A DNA stretch of 64,000 bases, from positions 9,818-73,817 of the forward strand of contig NZ_CAJTSC010000010.1 of NCBI RefSeq assembly GCF_910578895.1, written 5' to 3'. The DNA is from an uncultured Bacteroides sp. (GTDB lineage: Bacteria; Bacteroidota; Bacteroidia; Bacteroidales; Bacteroidaceae). The notes beneath the pieces were generated by a model that was given only the letters and a program-made list of their open reading frames with translations, was not told where the DNA came from and did no database searches. This document shows positions 1 through 9,318 of this stretch, in pieces. The stretch's first letter is position 1. Each line of letters starts with the position of its first letter. The translations under genes and the position numbers were made by a program.

Positions 1-124
1 TGGGGTTGACGGCAATCTTCGACAATTCTATTTCATTGATAGAGGAAGAGCCTTCGGTCTGCACCTCGTCCATAGAGAGCAGGGCGTCCAGCCCACGTCC
101 TAATGCATTTCTTTTCTGTACCAT
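1..124 (-). CDS. parB: ParB/Spo0J partition protein, N-terminal fragment (runs off the window start)
   Basis: The reverse-strand ATG at 122-124 reads MVQKRNALGRGLDALLSMDEV...INEIELSKIAVNP, a typical ParB N-terminus. It starts 66 nt after the parA stop. Confidence 0.75.
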   Translation of the reverse strand, partial: MVQKRNALGRGLDALLSMDEVQTEGSSSINEIELSKIAVNP

Positions 125-190
125 CTGTTTGTTGACTATTTTACGGTTTACTATGTTGTAGGTTTATGATTTTGCCATGCGGGGCAATCC

Positions 191-964
191 TTATCCTCTC
201 TTTTCGTTGCGCCCGATTACCTCTTTGGCAAGCGCGATGTGGTTCTTGGCACCGGTGGAGTCGGCATCATACAGGATGGTGGGAAGCCCGTAGCTGGGTG
301 CCTCGCTCAGTTTCACGTTGCGCTGGATAACGGTGCTGAACACCAGTTCCTGGAAGTGGCGTTTCACCTCGTCGTATATCTGGTTCGCCTGCCGCAGGCG
401 CGAATCATACATCGTCAGCAGGAAACCCTCGATTTCGAGTGCGGGGTTCAGCTTGGACTTGATGATTTTGATGGTGTTCAGCAGTTTGCTGATACCCTCC
501 AGCGCGAAATATTCCGCCTGTACGGGGATGATGACCGAGTCGGCCGCCGTCAGCGCGTTGATTGTAATCAGTCCCAATGACGGCGAGCAGTCTATCAAGA
601 TATAGTCAAACTCCTCCTTGAGCGGAGCAAGCACTTCTTTCAGTATTTTTTCCCTGTTTTTCAGGTTGAGCATCTCTATCTCGGCGCCTACCAGGTTGAT
701 ATGGGAAGAGATTACTTTCAGCGTGTCAATCTCGGTGTCATGAATGGCATCGCGTACGTCAGTGCGGTCTATAATACATTCATAGATAGTACAATCCGCC
801 TGCTTGATGTCCACGCCCAGCCCCGACGAGGCATTTGCCTGCGGGTCTGCGTCTACAACGAGCACTCTCTTTTCGAGTGTGGCAAGAGAAGCCGCGAGGT
901 TTATGGTTGTTGTCGTTTTTCCTACACCACCTTTTTGATTGGCCAAAGCAATTATTTTTCCCAT
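191..964 (-). CDS. parA: ParA/Soj chromosome-partitioning ATPase
   Basis: ORF 191..1114, trimmed to the internal Met at MGKIIALANQKGGVGKTTT (deviant Walker A). The protein reads as ParA-like along its full length. Confidence 0.9.
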   Translation of the reverse strand: MGKIIALANQKGGVGKTTTTINLAASLATLEKRVLVVDADPQANASSGLGVDIKQADCTIYECIIDRTDVRDAIHDTEIDTLKVISSHINLVGAEIEMLNLKNREKILKEVLAPLKEEFDYILIDCSPSLGLITINALTAADSVIIPVQAEYFALEGISKLLNTIKIIKSKLNPALEIEGFLLTMYDSRLRQANQIYDEVKRHFQELVFSTVIQRNVKLSEAPSYGLPTILYDADSTGAKNHIALAKEVIGRNEKRG

Positions 965-1247
965 AATTTCAGTGTTTATTGGCAGCGAAATAAGTGATAA
1001 TTCCGAATAGCACCTACTAAAAAAGAGAAAGATTGCAAAAACGGTTGAAAAGTCGCCTGTTTTGTTAATAACTCCCGGGCGTTTATTCCGGCTTTTGCCA
1101 TGAAGATACGCCAAGGTATCCTTTCTCCGTATCGGCTGGCAAATATACGTATTTATCTTGAAATGAAGCGGTTTTTTTATGTCACCTTGCGTAAGATTAA
1201 GATTTATAAAGTGATTGTGGCGGATTTGTAAAACGGTTGTGTTCCCG

Positions 1248-1724
1248 TCACAACAGCGCCGATACGAACTTCCATATGAAGTATCCGCACAGGCTGCATT
1301 TCAGCACCGTGCCGAACAGGAAACCCAGCAGCGAGCCCAATCCGGACTTCAGTGCCCGGCGGGTCTCTCCGCCGCCCATGAGTTCGCCGATGAATGCGCC
1401 GAGGAAAGGACCGAGGATGATGCCCCACGGCATGAAGAACAGCCCGATGACGGTTCCTACGAAGCATCCGCGCGTTCCCCAGCGGGTGCCGCCGATGTAC
1501 TTGCTGCCCAGCATGGGGACGAAATAGTCGAGCACTTGCACGATGACGACAACCAGCAGCCACAGCAACAATTCGGTGCCGGAATATTGCACCTTGTCGG
1601 TAAGATGCAGCAGCAATAAGCCTGCATAGGCTACGGGCGGTCCGGGCATCACGGGCAGGAAACAGCCTATCAGTCCGGCTATCAGGCAAAGGATGCCCAT
1701 TATAATAAGAATGAAGTCTGGCAT
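1248..1724 (-). CDS. DUF456-family small membrane protein
   Basis: ORF 1248..1826, trimmed to MPDFILIIMGILCLIAGLIG. Several glycine-rich TM helices and the FLPVMPGPP motif are typical of DUF456. Confidence 0.65.
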   Translation of the reverse strand: MPDFILIIMGILCLIAGLIGCFLPVMPGPPVAYAGLLLLHLTDKVQYSGTELLLWLLVVVIVQVLDYFVPMLGSKYIGGTRWGTRGCFVGTVIGLFFMPWGIILGPFLGAFIGELMGGGETRRALKSGLGSLLGFLFGTVLKCSLCGYFIWKFVSALL

Positions 1725-1851
1725 ATCTTTGGGGAATATGGTTTCAAAACGATTTTCTTCGTGGCGTTTCACTTCCGGTGAAAGCCCTATCCGGGTGCAA
1801 TATAATGCTTTTTCTGCAAATGGCAAAACCCAGTGTCCTGAAGCGGGGGTA

Positions 1852-2302
1852 CAGCTTTTTCATTTGCAGGAGTTAAAGGGGGGATTAGGAGTTATCTCCC
1901 TTCGGGAGAGGAGTTAAAAGCCGGCAGTTGCCCCAGGGAACACGACCGGAGAGACCGCGCAAACAGACAGGTGCAAACAGACAGGCGGAAGCGGACTAAC
2001 GGAAACGGATCAACGGAAACGGAGCGATGAAGAACAAACGGATAAGAACAGCCCGGCGAAATATTCCCGCCGGATGCTTATTATCAGCGATATACGAGTG
2101 CCAACCGTTTTCTGCATGGTGGAACTCTATTCCCAGTTAACTGGAAACGCATTCCCACCGAATTGGAACTACGTTCCCAATTAACTGGGAACATCTGGGG
2201 AAAAAGAAGCTGGCAGTTACGGGGTTTTCATTTACGGGATTTATCAGGAGTCAGAGGAAGAAGGGGGTAACTCCTCCGGCTCCTGTAAATGAAAGAGCCG
2301 TG
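1852..2302. repeat. Composite family-1 palindromic element (CATTTRCAGGAG termini, GGAGTTA-rich arms)
   Basis: The left end ctttttcatttgcaggagttaaagg and the right end ctcctgtaaatgaaagagccgtg are inverted copies. The interior carries short direct repeats (gcaaacagacagg x2, aacggaaacgga x2) and a hairpin array. Confidence 0.6.
2130..2192. repeat. Array of three short TTCCCA...TGGGAA-type hairpins
   Basis: The three hairpins are ttcccagttaactggaa, ttcccaccgaattggaa and gttcccaattaactgggaac. They are the same type as the array at 34452-34537. Confidence 0.6.
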
Positions 2303-2379
2303 ACCTCTGCCAAATATTATCCATGCCCCGCACTGATATATGGTTCTCTTTTGCTAAATTTGTAGCAAATTTAAGAAGC

Positions 2380-3159
2380 ATGGAATATCAGAGACCTTTA
2401 ATATTGATTTCCAACGACGACGGTGTCGTTGCGAAAGGAATCGGCGAGTTAATCAAGTTTCTCCGTCCGCTGGGCGAGATAGTGGTCATGGCGCCCGATG
2501 CGCCACGCTCGGGCAGTGCATGCGCGCTGACCGTGACAGAGCCTATCCGCTATCAGCTGGTGCGCAAGGATGTGGGGCTGACGGTCTACAAATGTTCGGG
2601 CACGCCTGCCGACTGCATCAAACTGGCTTTTCATACGGTGCTCGACCGCAAGCCCGACCTCGTGGTGGGCGGCATCAATCATGGCGACAACTCTTCTGTC
2701 AATGTGCACTATTCCGGCACGATGGGTGTCGTCATCGAGGGTTGCCTGAAGGGTGTCCCCGCTATCGGCTTTTCGTTGTGCAGCCACGAGCCGGATGCGG
2801 ACTTCGAACCGGCAGGCGGCTATATCCGCGAGATAGCCCGCCGGGTGTTGGAGAAAGGGTTGCCGCCACTCACTTGCCTGAATGTCAACTTCCCCGATAC
2901 GAAAGAGCTGAAAGGGGTGAAAATCTGCGAACAGGCAAAAGGGCAGTGGGTCAACGAGTGGGAGAACTTTGCCCACAGAGGTGGTGCGCATTATTACTGG
3001 CTGACCGGAGAGTTTGAAGCATCGGAGGAAGGGAATGAAAAGAGCGACCGCCGGGCGCTTGACGATGGCTATGTGGCAATTACCCCGACCACGGTAGATG
3101 TCACCGCGTATGGCCTGATAGATGAATTAAAGACTTGGTTCCCAATTCCTAATTCCTAA
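2380..3159 (+). CDS. surE: 5'/3'-nucleotidase SurE
   Basis: Starts at [21 protein letters not shown] (the SNDDG motif). The protein reads as SurE-like along its full length. Confidence 0.9.
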   Translation: MEYQRPLILISNDDGVVAKGIGELIKFLRPLGEIVVMAPDAPRSGSACALTVTEPIRYQLVRKDVGLTVYKCSGTPADCIKLAFHTVLDRKPDLVVGGINHGDNSSVNVHYSGTMGVVIEGCLKGVPAIGFSLCSHEPDADFEPAGGYIREIARRVLEKGLPPLTCLNVNFPDTKELKGVKICEQAKGQWVNEWENFAHRGGAHYYWLTGEFEASEEGNEKSDRRALDDGYVAITPTTVDVTAYGLIDELKTWFPIPNS

Positions 3160-3183
3160 TTCTCAATTCCCAATTCCCAATAA
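3142..3183. repeat. Heptamer tandem repeat (YYAATTC) x5-6 spanning the surE stop codon
   Basis: Units read ccaattc ctaattc ctaattc tcaattc ccaattc ccaataa. The last surE codons (PIPNS*) are encoded by the repeat. Confidence 0.7.
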
Positions 3184-3185
3184 AT

Positions 3186-4334
3186 ATGAAGTATTATCTG
3201 ATTGTCGGCGAGGCATCCGGCGACCTGCACGCATCGCACCTGATGAGCGCCTTGAAGGCGGAAGACCCGCAAGCGGAGTTCCGCTTCTTCGGCGGCGACC
3301 TGATGGCGGCTGTAGGCGGGACGTTGGTGAAGCATTATAAAGAACTGGCATACATGGGTTTTGTGCCTGTGTTGTTGCATCTGCGCACTATTTTTGCTAA
3401 TATGAAGCGGTGCAAGGAAGACATTGCAGGCTGGAAACCCGATGTGCTTATCCTGGTGGACTATCCGGGATTCAATCTGAATATAGCCCGGTTTGTCCAT
3501 GCCCGTACGCAAATCCCGGTGTATTATTATATCTCTCCCAAGATATGGGCGTGGAAGGAGTATCGCATCAAGAATATCAAGCGGGATGTGGACGAGTTGT
3601 TTTCCATCCTTCCGTTTGAAGTGGAGTTCTTTGAGGGCAAGCACCGTTATCCCATACATTATGTGGGTAATCCTACGATGGACGAGGTTAGCGCATTTCA
3701 GGCTGCCTGTTCGGAAACGTGGGATGAGTTCCGGCAGGCTAACGGGCTTTCCGCAAAGCCTGTCATCGCCCTGTTGGCGGGCAGCCGCAAGCAGGAAATC
3801 AAGGACAATTTGCCGGACATGATTCGGGCGGCTGCTGCATTCCCCGATTACCAGCTGGTGCTCGCGGGGGCGCCGGGCATTGCTCCGGAGTATTACGAGG
3901 GGTATCTGGGCGGTTCGGATGTGAAGATAATCTTCAACCGTACTTTCTCCTTGCTCAGGCATGCGGATGCGGCGCTGGTTACTTCGGGCACTGCAACGCT
4001 GGAGACGGCACTCTTCCGGGTGCCGCAGGCGGTGTGCTATCATACGCCGATAGGAAAGGTCATCGCTTTCCTGAAGCGGCATGTGCTGAAGGTGAAGTAC
4101 ATCTCGTTGGTCAACCTGATTGCCGATCGCGAAGTCGTGAAGGAGCTGGTTGCCGACACCATGACGGTGGAGCGGATACGGGCGGAGCTTCAACGCATCC
4201 TGCATGATGAGGCATACCGCCGGCAGATGCTCGACGGCTACGAATACATGGCATCCCGCCTGGGCGAGCCGGGAGCGCCTGCGTGTGCGGCACGCAAGAT
4301 GGTAGCTTTGCTTAAAGAGCGTTTTAAAAAGTAG
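3186..4334 (+). CDS. lpxB: Lipid-A-disaccharide synthase
   Basis: 382-aa ORF starting MKYYLIVGEASGDLHASHLM, which matches the LpxB N-terminal motif. The surE-lpxB order is conserved. Confidence 0.9.
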   Translation: MKYYLIVGEASGDLHASHLMSALKAEDPQAEFRFFGGDLMAAVGGTLVKHYKELAYMGFVPVLLHLRTIFANMKRCKEDIAGWKPDVLILVDYPGFNLNIARFVHARTQIPVYYYISPKIWAWKEYRIKNIKRDVDELFSILPFEVEFFEGKHRYPIHYVGNPTMDEVSAFQAACSETWDEFRQANGLSAKPVIALLAGSRKQEIKDNLPDMIRAAAAFPDYQLVLAGAPGIAPEYYEGYLGGSDVKIIFNRTFSLLRHADAALVTSGTATLETALFRVPQAVCYHTPIGKVIAFLKRHVLKVKYISLVNLIADREVVKELVADTMTVERIRAELQRILHDEAYRRQMLDGYEYMASRLGEPGAPACAARKMVALLKERFKK

Positions 4335-4431
4335 GATGATATTTAATTTCTTGTTAAAAGCGATAAGGCCGGTGCAGTAAATGCCCGGCTTTTGTATTTT
4401 CTATACAGAAACAAACGAAAGAACTTTAAGT

Positions 4432-5175
4432 ATGAAAAAGCTACATTGGTTATTTATGGCGGTATGTTTGGCAGTGGTGCCTTTGCTGCAATCTTGTGAT
4501 GATAAAGACGGGTATTCGGTGGGTGATTTCACTCCGCCGCTGTGGGCTACGGTGCGCGTCACCGGAAACGCCTTTTATCTGGACTGTGATGTTTGGGGGA
4601 CGCTTTGGCCTGTGAATACGGATTTGGGGTGGTACGAACCGGTCGACGGGCAGCGTGTGATTACTGTGTTCAATCCTTTGTCCGATGGCTTTCAGGGTTA
4701 CGACCATGCCGTGAAACTGCTGCGCCTGCAAGAGGTGCTGACCAAAGAGGTGGAGACACTGACCCCCGAGACCGAGGAGGAGTTTGGCGACGACCCTGTT
4801 TCGATTTTTAAAGGGGACATCGGCATCAGCGGCGGATATATGAATGTCATTTTCCTGCAGGACCTGCCTGCCAAGACGAAGCATCGCATCAGCCTTGTGC
4901 GCCCGCAGGATGATGCGGAACTGTACGGGGAAGACGGTTACATACATCTGGAACTCCGTTACAATGCCTATGATGATTTGACGGGGCGGCACAGCTTCGG
5001 CGCGGTGTCCTACAATCTGAACAGCCTTGACGTGACGGACGAAACGAAAGGCATCAAGCTGAAGATTAATTCGGAAGTGAACGGTGAGGTGGAATTGACG
5101 TTCGACCTTGTGGTGTCCGATGATAGTGACAAGAATATGCAGGAACTTGACCTGTCGAAGATGCAGTTGAAGTAA
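4432..5175 (+). CDS. Lipoprotein of unknown function (possibly NigD-like)
   Basis: Internal Met gives MKKLHWLFMAVCLAVVPLLQSCDD, a signal peptide with a lipobox Cys. The NigD-like label rests only on my memory of the family. Confidence 0.5.
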   Translation: MKKLHWLFMAVCLAVVPLLQSCDDKDGYSVGDFTPPLWATVRVTGNAFYLDCDVWGTLWPVNTDLGWYEPVDGQRVITVFNPLSDGFQGYDHAVKLLRLQEVLTKEVETLTPETEEEFGDDPVSIFKGDIGISGGYMNVIFLQDLPAKTKHRISLVRPQDDAELYGEDGYIHLELRYNAYDDLTGRHSFGAVSYNLNSLDVTDETKGIKLKINSEVNGEVELTFDLVVSDDSDKNMQELDLSKMQLK

Positions 5176-5292
5176 AGGGTCGCTATGCCGTATGCATAAA
5201 AGAGGCTGTATCAAGATGGAATAGCCCCGTCGGAATATCCCGGTTTATGAGAAAGAGGAACATTTACGGAATGCCCCTCTTTATACGCGACT

Positions 5293-5341
5293 GACGCGGA
5301 CAACACGGATTGGATGAAGAAAAATCTGCGTTGTCCGCGTC
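5293..5341. terminator. Perfect 12-bp stem hairpin between convergent genes
   Basis: Stem gacgcggacaac ... gttgtccgcgtc lies between the lipoprotein gene and cdsA. There is no clear U-tract, so the terminator role is tentative. Confidence 0.35.
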
Positions 5342-5392
5342 ATTCGCGTTTAAACAATGTTCTGATATATGGGTTTGTTCAATGTTTCCTTG

Positions 5393-6232
5393 TCAAATCA
5401 TCGTCACGGCATACAGATAGACCACTGCTGCGGGAATTGCCATTAGCGCACTGTCGAAACGGTCCAGCATCCCGCCATGTCCCGGAAGGATATTGCCGGA
5501 GTCTTTAATGCCCAGTTGGCGCTTCATCAGCGATTCGGTCAGGTCGCCCCAAGTGCCGAAGATGACTACGACGACTGCCAGTCCCGCCCATTGCCACGTC
5601 GTTATGAACGGGAAGAAACGGGCGAATGCAAAGGACGATGCAATGGAGAATACCGCTCCGCCTATGCTGCCTTCCCAGGATTTCTTGGGGGAAATCCGCT
5701 CGAACAGGCGGTGCTTGCCTATCAAAGAGCCTACGCAATAGGCACCCGTATCGCTCAGCCAGATAAATACGAAGATGGAAAGCGGCAGGATGGGGTTGTA
5801 GGACACACTGCTTGTCTCCGGCGAGTTCTGGAAGGCAAGCACATTCAGCAGCGCGAAAGGCAGTGCCACGTACAACTGGCTCAGCATGGTGTATGCCCAG
5901 TTGCCGATGGGGTTTGCCTTTTTCAGATACAGCTCCGTAATCATCAGATAGAGTAACAGCCCCAAGTAGGGGAGAAACACGCGCGCATCGATGGCGGATG
6001 TGCAAAAGCCCATGAGTGCAAGGAACAGGTAGGCTCCGCCCAAAGCGGTAATGGTTTTGTTGATGCCGACCTCGCCGCCCTTGTTTACCAGGTGGGCGAA
6101 TTCATGCACGCTCAATGCGCCGATGATGGTGAACAGGATGCCGAATGAGAGGGGGCTGTAAAGAATACAGCCCACCAGTACGGCTACAAATAGTGCACCT
6201 GTGATAGCACGTTGTATGAAATTATTCTTCAA
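5393..6232 (-). CDS. cdsA: Phosphatidate cytidylyltransferase
   Basis: 279-aa polytopic membrane protein with a C-terminal CdsA signature (SxxKRxxxxKDxGxxxPGHGGxxDRxDS). The apparent start codon is TTG at 6230-6232. Confidence 0.85.
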   Translation of the reverse strand: MKNNFIQRAITGALFVAVLVGCILYSPLSFGILFTIIGALSVHEFAHLVNKGGEVGINKTITALGGAYLFLALMGFCTSAIDARVFLPYLGLLLYLMITELYLKKANPIGNWAYTMLSQLYVALPFALLNVLAFQNSPETSSVSYNPILPLSIFVFIWLSDTGAYCVGSLIGKHRLFERISPKKSWEGSIGGAVFSIASSFAFARFFPFITTWQWAGLAVVVVIFGTWGDLTESLMKRQLGIKDSGNILPGHGGMLDRFDSALMAIPAAVVYLYAVTMI

Positions 6233-6244
6233 GGTCTTTTCGTT

Positions 6245-8326
6245 TTAATGATTGGATTCGGTTGTATCGGAAGCTTCCGCGTTATTGGTCGATACAGTGT
6301 CTTTGGCAACTTCCGTGTTATGCTCCCCTTCTTCTTTCACCTCTTTTTCCGCCTCCTGTGCCTTGACGGCTTCTTTTTCTTCGGCCTCTTTCAGCTCATT
6401 GGAGATTTTGCCGGCGCTGATGATTTCTTCGGAACGGGAAGCCCACGGGCGTTTGCCGAAAATCTCTTCCACATCTTCCGCAAAAATCACTTCCTTGTCT
6501 ATCAGCAGTTGTGCCAGTTTGTTGTGGTTGTCCTTGTTGTCGGAGAGTATCTGCTTGGCACGTTCGTACTGCTCGTTTATCATGCGCTTCACTTCCTCGT
6601 CAATCAGTTCGGCGGTTTTCTCGCTGTACGGACGGTTGAAGGAGTATTCGTCGTTGTTGTAATAGCAGAGGTTCGGCAGTTTGTCGCTCATGCCCAAGTA
6701 GGCAATCATGCCGTATGCCTGCTTGGTGACACGTTCAAGGTCATTCATCGCGCCGGTCGAGATTTTTCCGATAAACAAATCCTCTGCGGCGCGTCCGCCC
6801 AAGGTGGCGCACATTTCGTCCAGCATCTGCTCTTTGGTGGTAATCTGGCGCTCTTCGGGCAGATACCAGGCGGCACCCAGCGCACGTCCGCGCGGAACGA
6901 TTGTTACCTTAATCAGCGGGTTGGCATGCTCCAGCAGCCATGAGATACTGGCATGTCCCGCTTCGTGTATGGCGATGGAGCGGCGCTCCTCTTCCGTCGT
7001 GATTTTGGTTTTCTTCTCCAGACCGCCTACGATACGGTCCACCGCATCCAGGAAGTCTTGTTTTTCTACGAACTTCTTCCCGTGGCGGGCGGCAATCAGG
7101 GCGGCTTCGTTGCAGACATTGGCGATGTCGGCTCCGGAGAAGCCCGGGGTCTGGCGTGCCAATAATTCCACGTCTACCGTATTGTCTATCTTGATGGGGC
7201 GCAGGTGCACGCCGAAGACTTCTTTGCGTTCGTTCAGGTCCGGCAAGTCCACGTGTATCTGGCGGTCGAAGCGTCCGGCGCGCAGCAATGCTTTATCCAG
7301 AACGTCTACACGGTTGGTTGCGGCAAGGATAATGACACCGCTGTTGGAGCCGAAACCGTCCATTTCGGTCAGTAGCTGGTTCAGGGTGTTTTCGCGTTCG
7401 TCGTTGCCACCCATAGCGGCGGCTTTGGCACGTGCGCGTCCCACTGCGTCGATTTCGTCGATGAATACAATGCAAGGCGCTTTCTCTTTCGCCTGGCGGA
7501 ACAGGTCGCGGACGCGGGAAGCGCCTACGCCGACAAACATTTCCACAAAGTCGGAACCTGCCAGCGAGAAGAAGGGTACGTTGGCTTCTCCCGCCACCGC
7601 CTTTGCCAGCAACGTCTTACCGGTTCCCGGAGGACCTACGAGCAATGCTCCCTTGGGTATCTTGCCGCCCAGGTCTGTATATTTTTGCGGCTCTTTCAGG
7701 AACTCTACGATTTCCTCTACCTCCTGTTTGGCTCCTGCAAGCCCTGCCACATCCTTGAAGGTTATTTTCACCGGAGAGTTCTTTTCGAACAGCTGTGCCT
7801 TGGATTTGCCTACGTTGAAGATGCCGCTGCCGCCACCCATGCCGCCGCCACCGCTCCAGCGGCGGGACAGGAATATCCAAAAGCCTATAAGGAATGCGAA
7901 CGGCAATATCTGCCAGAGGATTGCGCCGAAGTAGTTGCGCTTCTTTTCGTAGTTGATGGAGCCGTCAAAGCGTGTCTCGTCCTTCTCTTTCTGCAGGAAG
8001 TCGCCCAGGCTCTCGCGCGAGGGGGCTTCCGTTGTAATCAAGGGGTTCTTGCCTACGCGGCCGGAGTCCGCTTTGAATACATCGGGCACGTATTGCGGCT
8101 TGACGTATGCCTCTACGGAGTTGTCGTCATAACCGGTCACCTTGCTTATGTAGCCGTTGCGCACATACTCCTGAAATTCATCGTAAGGGATGCTTTTGTT
8201 GGCGGCGCCGTCTTCGTTGGCGAGGTACAGTCCCAACAGCATCATGGCTATAATCATATACAACCAGTTCAGGTTGAACTTGGGCATATTGGTTTTAGCA
8301 GGTTTTTTATTGGTATTATTGTCCAT
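6245..8326 (-). CDS. ftsH: ATP-dependent zinc metalloprotease FtsH
   Basis: 693 aa with Walker [14 protein letters not shown], the SRH region, the HEAGHA zinc motif and two N-terminal TM segments. Confidence 0.95.
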   Translation of the reverse strand: MDNNTNKKPAKTNMPKFNLNWLYMIIAMMLLGLYLANEDGAANKSIPYDEFQEYVRNGYISKVTGYDDNSVEAYVKPQYVPDVFKADSGRVGKNPLITTEAPSRESLGDFLQKEKDETRFDGSINYEKKRNYFGAILWQILPFAFLIGFWIFLSRRWSGGGGMGGGSGIFNVGKSKAQLFEKNSPVKITFKDVAGLAGAKQEVEEIVEFLKEPQKYTDLGGKIPKGALLVGPPGTGKTLLAKAVAGEANVPFFSLAGSDFVEMFVGVGASRVRDLFRQAKEKAPCIVFIDEIDAVGRARAKAAAMGGNDERENTLNQLLTEMDGFGSNSGVIILAATNRVDVLDKALLRAGRFDRQIHVDLPDLNERKEVFGVHLRPIKIDNTVDVELLARQTPGFSGADIANVCNEAALIAARHGKKFVEKQDFLDAVDRIVGGLEKKTKITTEEERRSIAIHEAGHASISWLLEHANPLIKVTIVPRGRALGAAWYLPEERQITTKEQMLDEMCATLGGRAAEDLFIGKISTGAMNDLERVTKQAYGMIAYLGMSDKLPNLCYYNNDEYSFNRPYSEKTAELIDEEVKRMINEQYERAKQILSDNKDNHNKLAQLLIDKEVIFAEDVEEIFGKRPWASRSEEIISAGKISNELKEAEEKEAVKAQEAEKEVKEEGEHNTEVAKDTVSTNNAEASDTTESNH

Positions 8327-8335
8327 AAGTCTAAA

Positions 8336-8695
8336 TTAATCGAGGTCGGGGATTTGAGTTAGTTTGGCGTCTGCCCATAGGTGCTCCAGGTTATAGAACT
8401 CACGGGCCTCCGGCAGGAAAACGTGAACCAGTACGTCAGAGTAGTCCATGGCTACCCATTCGGCGCTACGCAAACCGTCTACGGCAACGGGCTTGCAGTT
8501 CGCTCCTTTGCGGGTGAAGTCTTTTACGGAGTCCACAATGGCGTTTACTTGGCTTGGAGAGTTTCCCTGGCAGATAACGAAATAGTTACATATTGTATCG
8601 TCTATTTGGGTAAGGTCTGCTATGACGATTTTTTTCCCTTTTTTATCTTGAATACCTTCTGTTATTTGTTGGATTAGTTTCTTTGCTTCGTTCAT
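8336..8695 (-). CDS. rsfS: Ribosome silencing factor RsfS
   Basis: 119 aa with iojap/RsfS-like sequence (ICNYFVICQGNS...WVAMDYSDVLVHVF). It lies directly upstream of ftsH. Confidence 0.85.
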   Translation of the reverse strand: MNEAKKLIQQITEGIQDKKGKKIVIADLTQIDDTICNYFVICQGNSPSQVNAIVDSVKDFTRKGANCKPVAVDGLRSAEWVAMDYSDVLVHVFLPEAREFYNLEHLWADAKLTQIPDLD

Positions 8696-8853
8696 TACAC
8701 ATTATTATTAAACAGGTGACAAATATACGTTGATTTATCATATCAAACACGCAAAAGGGGAAAAGTCTTTGGTTTTTTGTTTTTTTTTAGGTATATAATT
8801 CTTTCTGTAGAGGTGTCTTATCAGATTTTTAGGAAAAAAATAGCCGAAATTGT

Positions 8854-8882
8854 TTTGAATTATGGAAAACTTTGTATCTTTG
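8854..8882 (+). promoter_or_regulatory. Bacteroides-type promoter (TTTG ... TATCTTTG) for tRNA-Gln
   Basis: TTTG at 8854-8857 and TAnnTTTG (tatctttg) at 8875-8882, about 30 nt before the tRNA 5' end. Confidence 0.55.
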
Positions 8883-8911
8883 CAGCGCAAAACAGAAATG
8901 CAATGCTCTAT

Positions 8912-8982
8912 TGGGCTATGGTGTAATGGTAACACTACAGATTCTGGTCCTGTCATTCCTGGTTCGAATCCAGGTAGCCCAA
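8912..8982 (+). tRNA. tRNA-Gln (anticodon CUG)
   Basis: I folded the cloverleaf by hand. The acceptor stem is tgggcta/tagccca, the D stem gtgt/acac and the anticodon stem acaga/cctgt. The anticodon loop is ttCTGgt (anticodon at 8944-8946). The T arm is cctgg-ttcgaat-ccagg. Confidence 0.85.
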
Positions 8983-9005
8983 CTAAGAACAGCCGATTTA
9001 AGTCA

Positions 9006-9043
9006 AAAACCTTCTAAAACCGCGAGTTTTGGGAGGTTTTTTG
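9006..9043 (+). terminator. Intrinsic terminator after tRNA-Gln
   Basis: Stem aaccttctaaaac / gttttgggaggtt (with G-U pairs), followed by tttttt. Confidence 0.6.
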
Positions 9044-9241
9044 TTGCTTTCCGGCCATGTCCGAAAATTTCGGTGCAGGCATTCCGTGGTCAAAGCGGTG
9101 GTAATTGTCATGATTGCTTCAGTTGCACTTATTGTCATTGTCGGCGTAGTCTATTTCCATTGCGAGAATAAGAAAACACATCAGGCATGAGTCTGGCATT
9201 GAAGCGAGCACCTTGCGGGAACATTACGCTTGGCGGAAAGA

Positions 9242-9300
9242 AAAAAATAAAAAAAGAACCCGAAGCAGCGGTGCGGTGACCGGGCTTCGGGTTCTTTTTT
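9242..9300 (-). terminator. Bidirectional intrinsic terminator downstream of the DUF349 gene
   Basis: 11-bp stem gaacccgaagc / gcttcgggttc, flanked by an A-run upstream and a T-run downstream. Confidence 0.7.
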
Positions 9301-9318
9301 ACTCTTTCTTGTCAATCG

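Noticed and set aside
191-1114. N-terminal extensions of track ORFs: parA to 1114, DUF456 to 1826, surE from 2323, the lipoprotein from 4381, nuoI to 42957, nuoB to 46047, dxs to 51557, HU to 59004, Rhs to 58060, the M23-like gene from 15693 and the S24 gene from 60977.
   Set aside because: Internal Met codons reproduce the canonical family N-termini or signal peptides. The extensions overlap upstream genes or intergenic repeats, and some start at TTG or GTG only because the track takes the longest ORF.
6708-7934. Long antisense ORFs opposite well-supported genes. Examples: 6708..7934 opposite ftsH, 9904..10923 opposite the DUF349 gene, 20141..21469 and 23396..24445 opposite the A2M gene, 37255..38706 opposite nuoM, 38951..40489 opposite nuoL, 48473..49456 opposite trkA and 60809..62575 opposite the S24/GSCFA genes.
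   Set aside because: These are shadow ORFs of the kind expected in GC-rich coding DNA. Their translations are low-complexity (rich in R, A, G, H and V) with no motifs, while the opposite strand encodes clearly recognisable proteins.
8872-9171. 99-aa ORF overlapping tRNA-Gln and its terminator.
   Set aside because: It overlaps a well-folded tRNA on the same strand, and its translation has no recognisable features.
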